Assembly (NCBI GenBank): GCA_944383375.1
Contig: CALWPG010000005.1
Coordinates: forward strand, 24,982 to 88,981
DNA: 64,000 nucleotides
Origin: an uncultured Clostridia bacterium
GTDB taxonomy: Bacteria > Bacillota > Clostridia > Christensenellales > UBA1242
Reading direction: 5' to 3'
The notes beneath the pieces were generated by a model that worked only from the letters and a program-made list of their open reading frames with translations, ran no database searches and was not told where the DNA came from. The position numbers and the translations under genes are program-made. How positions within the stretch are numbered: the stretch's first letter is position 1; each line of letters begins with the position of its first letter. Below, in pieces: positions 27,538-35,046 of this stretch.

Positions 27538-28872
27538 TCACTCTCTTTCTGTGGTACTTAAACAATAAATACGTTTTGTTTGCGTGCTAACTCTTATCTT
27601 ATTTGAAATTTCAACACCAGCTATAATATAAACTTCATTATCTTTTGCAAGTACCGGAATATAATCTCTAAGTCTTGATGGAACTTTGATATCAATCAAA
27701 TAACTTTTGAGTTTCTTTGTTCCACCACCAAATTTTTGAAAAACATCACCATTTTGTCTAAATCTCCATATTGCATCCTTTGGAACTTGGTCTGCATCAT
27801 AATAGAGTTTATCTTGTTCTTGAATTTTAGTAACCTTTTTTATGTTGACCTTGCCAAAATTTGGAACAGAAAAAGTTCCAAGTTTATGTTTTTCATTTAA
27901 TTGAACTTCTTTTTTCTGTCTGTTTGTCAAAGTTATGTAGTCATATTCTTTATGCAGACCCACTTTAAAAGGTAAGTCAATTCGCTTGCCGTTTTCTGCG
28001 CTGTTTACAAAATTAATCACGAGATCAATATGTTTGCTTTCTATATCTTTAATTACTCCAATACTTTTTAGTGCCTTTGTTATCATTCTTGACACAATAG
28101 GTTTTGCATATACAAAATATGACAAAGGAATTTTTACTTCCTTATCATTTATGATAAAAGCATCGGTTGGAACTTGTGAATTTATATATTCATCGTCTTG
28201 ACTTGCAAGATCGGCAAAATTTAATATAGATGCAATTGCATTTGGCCATCTTTTTAAAATACAAGGCATGATTTCGTTGCGAATGTAGTTTCTATTATAT
28301 TCGTTTTCTTGATTGGTTTCATCTTCCCTATATTCAATGTCATTGTCAAGCACATATTTCCATATTGCTTTTTCATCAGTTTTTAACATTGGTCTAATGA
28401 ATACATTATCGCGAACAACACCCATACCTTTAAGTCCACTAAGGCCACTTCCACGGAACAGGTGCATAAGCACGGTTTCTGCTTGATCACTTTGGTGATG
28501 GGCAAGGGCTATTTTATCAACTGTTTTTCTTTCAATAAGGGAATTAAAAACTCCAAATCTAGCTTCTCGGGCCGCGCTTTCTATTGATAAGGATTTTTGT
28601 TTCGCAAGATTTGGCACATCCACTTTGAATTTGTATGCTCTTATCCTATTTTTTTTGCAATAATCCATCACAAACATAGCATCCAAAGCGCTGTTTTCTC
28701 TAATTGAATGGTCAACTGTTATAGCTACGATCTCAAATCCCATCTCAAATGACAAAGCATGAAGATAGTGCAAAAGAGCCATGCTGTCCTTACCTCCACT
28801 AACTCCAACACCGACAACGTCACCTTCATTTATCAAATTGTTTTCTTCTATCAATTTCCTTATATTTTCCAT
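27538..28872 (-). CDS. tilS: tRNA(Ile)-lysidine synthase
   Basis: PP-loop VGVGVSGGKDSMALLHYL, HHQSDQAETVLMHLFRGSG, and a C-terminal TilS domain. Confidence 0.9.
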   Translation of the reverse strand: MENIRKLIEENNLINEGDVVGVGVSGGKDSMALLHYLHALSFEMGFEIVAITVDHSIRENSALDAMFVMDYCKKNRIRAYKFKVDVPNLAKQKSLSIESAAREARFGVFNSLIERKTVDKIALAHHQSDQAETVLMHLFRGSGLSGLKGMGVVRDNVFIRPMLKTDEKAIWKYVLDNDIEYREDETNQENEYNRNYIRNEIMPCILKRWPNAIASILNFADLASQDDEYINSQVPTDAFIINDKEVKIPLSYFVYAKPIVSRMITKALKSIGVIKDIESKHIDLVINFVNSAENGKRIDLPFKVGLHKEYDYITLTNRQKKEVQLNEKHKLGTFSVPNFGKVNIKKVTKIQEQDKLYYDADQVPKDAIWRFRQNGDVFQKFGGGTKKLKSYLIDIKVPSRLRDYIPVLAKDNEVYIIAGVEISNKIRVSTQTKRIYCLSTTERE

Positions 28873-29036
28873 AATAATTCCTTGGTTATAATATACAACA
28901 CATTTTATAATATTTCAAGATAATGCTTAAAGTATTTCATATTTTTTTGTAAAATGTTTTGCATTTTTTGTATTTTTTTTGCGTATTTTGCAATATTGTG
29001 GTATGACTTTTTAACTCAATATGATAAAATATCTGT

Positions 29037-30416
29037 ATGAGATTACTAAAAAAATTAAAAAGATATGGTAAGAAAAAAATCGTGGCAATGCATATGCCAG
29101 GCCACAAGAGAAAAAATTTAACCCACAGCTCTTTACCATACAAAATTGACATTACAGAAATTGATGACTTTGACAATCTACATAATGCGCAAGGTATTTT
29201 AAAGTATTGTCAAAACAAATTAACAAAACTTTACCAAACATCACAAAGTTTCTACTTAGTGAATGGCAGCACAAGTGGAGTGCTTGCTAGTATTTTTAGT
29301 GTACTTGATTATGGTGACAAAATTGCTATACCTCAAAATTGTCACAAGTGCGTATTTCATGCCATTGAAATGTTAAATTTGCAACCTGTGTTTATTCCAA
29401 TATCTTTGAGTCAGGGTATAATAAGTGACATTAAAGCCCACGATATTGATAATGTGTTAAATAACAATCCTGATTTAAAATGCGTACTAATTACAAGTCC
29501 GACTTATGATGGGGTTATAAGCGACATTGTATCAATATCAAAAGTGGTACATAGGCACAATGCAACACTAATTGTTGATGAAGCACACGGGGCACATCTA
29601 TTTTTAGATGACAAAAGTGCAGTAAACAAGGGAGCAGACATAGTGATCAATAGTTTACACAAGTCACTTCCTGCCCTCACCCAAACAGCAGTTTTGCATG
29701 TATGTCATAACAAGATAGATGTGGATAAAGTTAAACATTATATATCAGTGTTTAATACATCTAGTCCATCTTATGTCCTTATGTCATCCATCGATGAGTG
29801 TGTGGAGTTTCTGCTAAAAAAGGGCAAAAAATATTACGAAAAATTGCAAAAAAATTTAAAAAAATTTGTTGAAAATACAAATAAACTAAAAAATATACAT
29901 ATATTACAAAATAATGGAAATTTTTTTGATTTAGATAATACCAAAATCATAATATATGGTGGAAATTTTACTGGTCATCAATTAGAAAAATTTTTAATTA
30001 ATAATAAAATTCAAGTTGAGATGTCCAATGTTTGGTACACAAATTGTTACACAAGCTTAGCAACTAGTAAGGCCGATTTAAAAAAACTTTACAAAGCACT
30101 TAAAAAATTAGATAAAATATTTGTTTACAAAAAAACAGATATTTCATTATCTATTCCAAAAATAAAACTAAAGATGCCTCTTTGTAAGGCACAGCAACAA
30201 AATATGCAAGATTTATGCCTTGGTGATGCAGTGAATAAAATTAGTGGCCAATATGTTTGGACCTACCCACCAGGAATTCCCATAATTGTACCAGGTCAGC
30301 TAATTACAACTGAAATTGTGGATTATTTAAAGTATATTAAAAAATTTGATATTGAACTTGTGGGAATGAATAATGAAAAAATTTATACTATAAAACTTGA
30401 CAATATGGAATTTTAA
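29037..30416 (+). CDS. Orn/Lys/Arg decarboxylase-family PLP enzyme (OKR_DC_1-like)
   Basis: HMPGHKR near the N-terminus, VDEAHGAH, and the PLP lysine in NSLHKSLPALTQTA. Confidence 0.8.
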   Translation: MRLLKKLKRYGKKKIVAMHMPGHKRKNLTHSSLPYKIDITEIDDFDNLHNAQGILKYCQNKLTKLYQTSQSFYLVNGSTSGVLASIFSVLDYGDKIAIPQNCHKCVFHAIEMLNLQPVFIPISLSQGIISDIKAHDIDNVLNNNPDLKCVLITSPTYDGVISDIVSISKVVHRHNATLIVDEAHGAHLFLDDKSAVNKGADIVINSLHKSLPALTQTAVLHVCHNKIDVDKVKHYISVFNTSSPSYVLMSSIDECVEFLLKKGKKYYEKLQKNLKKFVENTNKLKNIHILQNNGNFFDLDNTKIIIYGGNFTGHQLEKFLINNKIQVEMSNVWYTNCYTSLATSKADLKKLYKALKKLDKIFVYKKTDISLSIPKIKLKMPLCKAQQQNMQDLCLGDAVNKISGQYVWTYPPGIPIIVPGQLITTEIVDYLKYIKKFDIELVGMNNEKIYTIKLDNMEF

Positions 30417-30451
30417 TATTAATCTAATTATGTAATTTAAGGAGAATAATC

Positions 30452-30598
30452 ATGAAAAGAATACAAACATTAAACACACGTACACTTGTAAACCAAAACC
30501 TTTGTACAGCTGGATGTGGAGAATGCCAAACATCTTGTCAGTCAGCTTGCAAAACATCTTGTGGTGTAGCAAATCAAAAATGTGAGCATATAAACTAA
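30452..30598 (+). CDS. scfA: SCIFF (six-cysteines-in-forty-five) ranthipeptide precursor, 48 aa, below the ORF-track cutoff
   Basis: Hand translation: MKRIQTLNTRTLVNQNLCTAGCGECQTSCQSACKTSCGVANQKCEHIN*. The GCGECQTSCQSACKTSC core is the SCIFF family signature. AAGGAGAATAATC precedes the ATG. Confidence 0.85.
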   Translation: MKRIQTLNTRTLVNQNLCTAGCGECQTSCQSACKTSCGVANQKCEHIN

Positions 30599-30614
30599 AA
30601 AATGCTTGTTTTGT

Positions 30615-30638
30615 GCCGAATCTATTTTCGGCTTTTTT
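30615..30638 (+). terminator. Intercistronic hairpin plus T-run between scfA and scfB (partial terminator / attenuator)
   Basis: GCCGAA-tctatt-TTCGGC followed by TTTTTT, 17 nt after the scfA stop and 22 nt before the scfB ATG. Confidence 0.6.
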
Positions 30639-30660
30639 ATGCAAAAAATAGGGAGAAAAC

Positions 30661-32034
30661 ATGATACACCAATATAAATTAAACGGTTACAATATCATTG
30701 TGGATGTATATTCAGGTAGCATACACGTAGTAGACGATGTCGCTTATGATGTTATCAATTTATATCAAAACCGCTCAAAAGATGAAATAATTCAGAATAT
30801 ACTATCGAAGTACAAAACTGATAAAACTGTTACAAAAGATAGCATACTAGAGCTTATGGATGATATTGAAACACTTAAGAAAAATAACCAACTCTTCACA
30901 GAAGACACCTTTTCTGATATGGCAACACAATATAAACAAAATTCAAATGTTATTAAAGCCTTGTGTTTACACGTGGCACACACCTGTAATCTTAACTGTG
31001 AATACTGTTTTGCAAGTCAAGGCAAATATCATGGAGAGCGTGCACTCATGAGTGAAGATGTTGGCAAGCGCGCTATAGATTTTTTAATTGAACATAGTGG
31101 ACAAAGACATAATCTAGAAGTGGATTTCTTTGGTGGAGAACCACTGATGAATCTTGATGTTGTTAAAAAAATAGTATCCTATGCTCGAAGTTTAGAAAAA
31201 AAATACGACAAGCACTTTAGATTCACTCTAACCACAAACGGAGTAAATCTAAATGATGATGTCATAGATTATTTAAATCAAGAAATGGACAATGTTGTCT
31301 TAAGCCTTGATGGCAGAAAAGAAGTTCATGATAGCACTCGAAAGACCATAACGGGAAAAGGCTCATACGATATCGTTGTTCCCAAGTTTTTAAATTTTGT
31401 TAAAAAACGTGGCGATAAAAGTTATTATATGCGCGGGACATTCACACACAATAATGTCGATTTTACCAATGATATTTTCCACATGGCTGATCTTGGATTT
31501 AGAGAACTTAGCATGGAACCAGTGGTTTGTTCACAAGACGAACCTTACGCACTAAATGATAAAGACTTGCCAAAACTTAAAGAGCAATATGAAATTTTAG
31601 CGAAAGAAATGCTAAAACGCGAAAAACAAGGTCGTGGATTTACATTTTATCATTACATGCTTGATCTAAAAAACGGGCCATGCATCTACAAGCGACTTAG
31701 TGGCTGTGGAAGTGGTACGGAATATATGGCAGTGACTCCATGGGGTGAACTTTATCCTTGCCATCAGTTTGTTGGAGACAAAAAATATAGTCTTGGAAAT
31801 ATTTATGATGGCATAAAAAATAAGGAACTGGTAGAAAAATTTAAAAATTCAAATATTTATACTCGTCCAAAATGCCAAGATTGTTGGGCCAAACTTTACT
31901 GTAGTGGAGGATGTTTTGCAAATGCCTACCATGCCACAGGCGACATAAATGGTGTTTACGACTATGGTTGTGAATTGTTCAAAAAACGAATAGAATGTGC
32001 AATAATGATGCAAGTGGCAAAAAACCAAAACTAA
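30661..32034 (+). CDS. scfB: SCIFF radical-SAM/SPASM thioether-forming maturase
   Basis: CNLNCEYC radical-SAM cluster motif, GGEPL, a C-terminal SPASM-type Cys clusters (CGSG...C, CQDCWAKLYCSGGC). Sits immediately downstream of the SCIFF peptide. Confidence 0.9.
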   Translation: MIHQYKLNGYNIIVDVYSGSIHVVDDVAYDVINLYQNRSKDEIIQNILSKYKTDKTVTKDSILELMDDIETLKKNNQLFTEDTFSDMATQYKQNSNVIKALCLHVAHTCNLNCEYCFASQGKYHGERALMSEDVGKRAIDFLIEHSGQRHNLEVDFFGGEPLMNLDVVKKIVSYARSLEKKYDKHFRFTLTTNGVNLNDDVIDYLNQEMDNVVLSLDGRKEVHDSTRKTITGKGSYDIVVPKFLNFVKKRGDKSYYMRGTFTHNNVDFTNDIFHMADLGFRELSMEPVVCSQDEPYALNDKDLPKLKEQYEILAKEMLKREKQGRGFTFYHYMLDLKNGPCIYKRLSGCGSGTEYMAVTPWGELYPCHQFVGDKKYSLGNIYDGIKNKELVEKFKNSNIYTRPKCQDCWAKLYCSGGCFANAYHATGDINGVYDYGCELFKKRIECAIMMQVAKNQN

Positions 32035-32211
32035 ATATAATACTTAAAAATTATCGCCATAAGCATAATAGATAGACAAACTACAATAATTACAGTGGAC
32101 CAAATAAGTTTTTTCATGTTTATATAATATATTAATTAATACACTATGTCAAATTTAAAAAAATATTGTTTTTAGTTTACAGATGTGATACACTGCATAC
32201 GAGGAAAAGTT

Positions 32212-32784
32212 ATGAGTAATTTAATTTATAAAACAGAACAACAAAAATCTGCCCTTTTGCTAATTAAGGAAAATGGTTACAAAACCTATGATTCTCGTAT
32301 GGCAAGAAATGGTGGTTTTGTTTATAAGATGGTAGATAAAAAAATATTATTTGTGAATACAAGAAAGATTGTACCACAATTTATATCACAAGAATATGCC
32401 TGCCAGGTAAATAATCGAGAGAAATTAAAAAAATATTATGGTAAGCTTAAAGAATATCAAGAAAGTATAGAAAATAAATCGCAGCAAACTTTGGCTCAAA
32501 CCTATTTATCGGCTATTAAAGGTGTGCAAGTTATTTGTTCAAATTTACTTGATGATGAAAAAGTAAATGACTTTATTAAATTTTTAGCAAATAAAACCAT
32601 GACAGATTTTGAAATTGATGAAAGTGTGAGGTCGGCAAGATTTTCTCCTATGCCTCTGTATAACTTTGACATACATCACATAAAACCATTGACGAAGAAA
32701 GATGAAAATTATGTGATTGACAATATAAATTACATGCTAAAAATGCTGAGGTATATAAAAAACGAGTATAAAAACGAAATGTAA
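32212..32784 (+). CDS. Hypothetical 190-aa protein
   Basis: ATG behind GAGGAAAAGTT. No recognised domain; the DIHHIKPL segment is not a complete HNH motif. Confidence 0.45.
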   Translation: MSNLIYKTEQQKSALLLIKENGYKTYDSRMARNGGFVYKMVDKKILFVNTRKIVPQFISQEYACQVNNREKLKKYYGKLKEYQESIENKSQQTLAQTYLSAIKGVQVICSNLLDDEKVNDFIKFLANKTMTDFEIDESVRSARFSPMPLYNFDIHHIKPLTKKDENYVIDNINYMLKMLRYIKNEYKNEM

Positions 32785-32813
32785 AAAGACTTTATAATTA
32801 TAAAGTCTTTTTT
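32784..32813. terminator. Rho-independent terminator (palindromic, bidirectional)
   Basis: AAAGACTTTATAATTATAAAGTCTTTTTT. Confidence 0.7.
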
Positions 32814-32881
32814 AAAATATTTTTCTTTTATGGTATAGAAAATCAAATAATTAAAAAACTCTGACATTAACATGTCAAGTG

Positions 32882-33946
32882 TTACTCACAAAGTATCTTA
32901 TTTATATTATATAAATTTTCTACACTGTAGTTTGTAAATGACAAAACTTTGGTGGCATAAGCATACAAAGTAGCATCATCTTTTGCATATGTTGATGGAT
33001 CAAAGTTTGCGCGCATAAATTCTCTAAAATTTATCTGCGACAAACTCGTCGAGAAGATCTGTTGATCATTTTGATACATATTGTAAATTCTTAAAAATTT
33101 ATCAAGCTCCTCTACAGTTGTAGTTCCTTCTTTAGAATAATCAAGTGAAGTGTATTGGTTTAATGTTTGGAAAAATTTATCCGTAGAAAGAGAAATATAA
33201 TCTCCATCAAATGCATTTAAATATTCTATTGCCGGTGTTATGGTAGCAATTACACTTTTTAAATTCGCCAAGTTCTTCTGATTTTTTAGCTGTGCATCAG
33301 TGAGAGTAATATAATTTCCATTTTCATCTTTAAATGTGTCAAAACTGGTATATATATAATTTTCGCAAATGGATATAAACATATTGTCAAGTTCAACTAT
33401 CTTTTGGCACAGATCAATAAGTTCACGTTTATATTCACGTAATTTTTGTAGTGATATGCTTCCAAATGCAGTCTGTTCGCTGGTGGTATCTATTCTTATA
33501 TCAAGTTCATGGACATTGGTAGAAAAATTATTTATTGAATTTGTAACATCATCTATTTGATTTTCGAAATCTAAATAATCTTGCTTCATCTCATCTGTAA
33601 CTTCATTTGGCAAAGTCAAGAGCACGCCATCAAAAGATGAAAGAAAATAAAATGAAGCAACAAAGATGGAATCATATACATCAAGAAGTTCAGTGTATCT
33701 AGAATTATTTTCATTATTAAAGGTTTGATCCTCAATTTTTGACAGTACCAAACTTACATTTTCTCCATACACAATACCATTTCTATAATTATTGTTAAGG
33801 CAAACATCGGTTATAAAAGTACTAAGCTTTGTATTAGTTTGAATATAAAATGTGTCATTTGAAGATTGGTCATCACAGCCAACAAAACAAAAACATAAAG
33901 AAACCAACAAGCATAGCGCGACCAAAATTTTTTTAAATTTTTGCAT
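32882..33946 (-). CDS. Lipoprotein, unknown function
   Basis: Signal peptide with lipobox MQKFKKILVALCLLVSLCFCFVGC-DDQ. The mature part is helical and rich in N/D/Y. Confidence 0.7.
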   Translation of the reverse strand: MQKFKKILVALCLLVSLCFCFVGCDDQSSNDTFYIQTNTKLSTFITDVCLNNNYRNGIVYGENVSLVLSKIEDQTFNNENNSRYTELLDVYDSIFVASFYFLSSFDGVLLTLPNEVTDEMKQDYLDFENQIDDVTNSINNFSTNVHELDIRIDTTSEQTAFGSISLQKLREYKRELIDLCQKIVELDNMFISICENYIYTSFDTFKDENGNYITLTDAQLKNQKNLANLKSVIATITPAIEYLNAFDGDYISLSTDKFFQTLNQYTSLDYSKEGTTTVEELDKFLRIYNMYQNDQQIFSTSLSQINFREFMRANFDPSTYAKDDATLYAYATKVLSFTNYSVENLYNINKILCE

Positions 33947-33961
33947 AACTACTCCCCTTTT

Positions 33962-34888
33962 CTATATTAGATAATACTGATTTTTCAAAATCAGTGCACT
34001 TTGACTTGCACCACCTTCAAGTGAACTTACATATTCATCAAAAGTTGCGTTTGCAAGGCTGTTAATTATCTCGTCAAAATTCAAGACATTGAAATTTGAA
34101 AGCAACTGATCATAACTATCAATATTCAAAACATATGTAGTGCTGTCACAAGCAATTGAATCTGAGAAGTTCTTTAAATCTTCAATTGAAACACTTGCCA
34201 CCTGATGATCAATGTCAGAACTTAGATAATTTTGACAAATCCTATTTGCCCAAAGATATAGTGACTTTAGATTGTATTTTGTAAGTGGATTGATGGCAAA
34301 ATTGTCAATTAAATAATTTTCTACAATATTTGAAACATATGAATAATATTCACCAAGATTTGATAAAAAGTTGGTGTAAATTGAATAATAATTGTTAACT
34401 CTTATAAAAAGTGCATCGTTATCTGGATAGTTTTGTATTGCAGAATTTGATAAATACTGGTCTATATATTGTTTGCAATCATCAATTTTTTGTGTAAGAT
34501 TATCTCTTGATTGACTTAAATTTTGCTGAATTTCAAGCATGTTTTCGTCTTTATCTTCTGTAAACAACAAATTATCTAGCAAAAATGTATTTTGAGAATT
34601 TAATACATCAACCAAGACTTCAAAATTTTGAAATGCTTGTTTGACACTTGAATAATTCTCACTTTCAACGCCGTCTAATCCACTTACGATCTGACTTATT
34701 CTTGAGTTTTCTTGCAAAATATAATTATAATCTTCATCGTAAACTAAAGAGTAGGTGTCATTATATGGCGCATTTAAATCAACGCGTGGTCTAAAAATAA
34801 GCACCAGTCCAACAATAAGAGCAATCAAAGCAATGACAGATATGCTTATGATGATAAACTTTTTATTGAAAAACCCCGATTTTGCCAT
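33962..34888 (-). CDS. Membrane-anchored (signal-anchor) extracytoplasmic protein, unknown function
   Basis: MAKSGFFNKKFIIISISVIALIALIVGLVLIF, then an N/Y/D/S-rich domain. ATG 9 nt after AGGAG. 15 nt upstream of the lipoprotein gene. Confidence 0.6.
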   Translation of the reverse strand: MAKSGFFNKKFIIISISVIALIALIVGLVLIFRPRVDLNAPYNDTYSLVYDEDYNYILQENSRISQIVSGLDGVESENYSSVKQAFQNFEVLVDVLNSQNTFLLDNLLFTEDKDENMLEIQQNLSQSRDNLTQKIDDCKQYIDQYLSNSAIQNYPDNDALFIRVNNYYSIYTNFLSNLGEYYSYVSNIVENYLIDNFAINPLTKYNLKSLYLWANRICQNYLSSDIDHQVASVSIEDLKNFSDSIACDSTTYVLNIDSYDQLLSNFNVLNFDEIINSLANATFDEYVSSLEGGASQSALILKNQYYLI

Positions 34889-35010
34889 TAGCACAATCTC
34901 CTTTTTTATTATGATAGCACAAATCCATCATAAAATCAACATTCAACTAAAAAATAAAGTTTTCCAATCTGAAATTACATTTATGCTAAACCTCATTGAA
35001 AAATTTGCAT

Positions 35011-35041
35011 AAAAAATCTCTCAAAATTGAGAGATTTTTTT
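35011..35041. terminator. Bidirectional rho-independent terminator
   Basis: AAAAAA, hairpin ATCTCTC-aaaatt-GAGAGAT, then TTTTTT, immediately after the stop of the AT-hook gene. Confidence 0.75.
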
Positions 35042-35046
35042 ACTTT

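Noticed and set aside
28937-29176. 79-aa minus-strand ORF overlapping the start of the decarboxylase gene
   Set aside because: It overlaps the well-supported plus-strand PLP-enzyme start (HMPGHKR). It has no RBS and an AT-rich junk-like composition.
30450-30662. 70-aa minus-strand ORF
   Set aside because: It is antisense to the SCIFF precursor and its RBS. The plus strand carries the conserved peptide, the hairpin and the maturase start.
32212-32784. HNH endonuclease call for the 190-aa protein, based on DIHHIKPL
   Set aside because: The downstream Asn/His/Cys positions of a real HNH/His-Me finger motif are absent. It is left as hypothetical.
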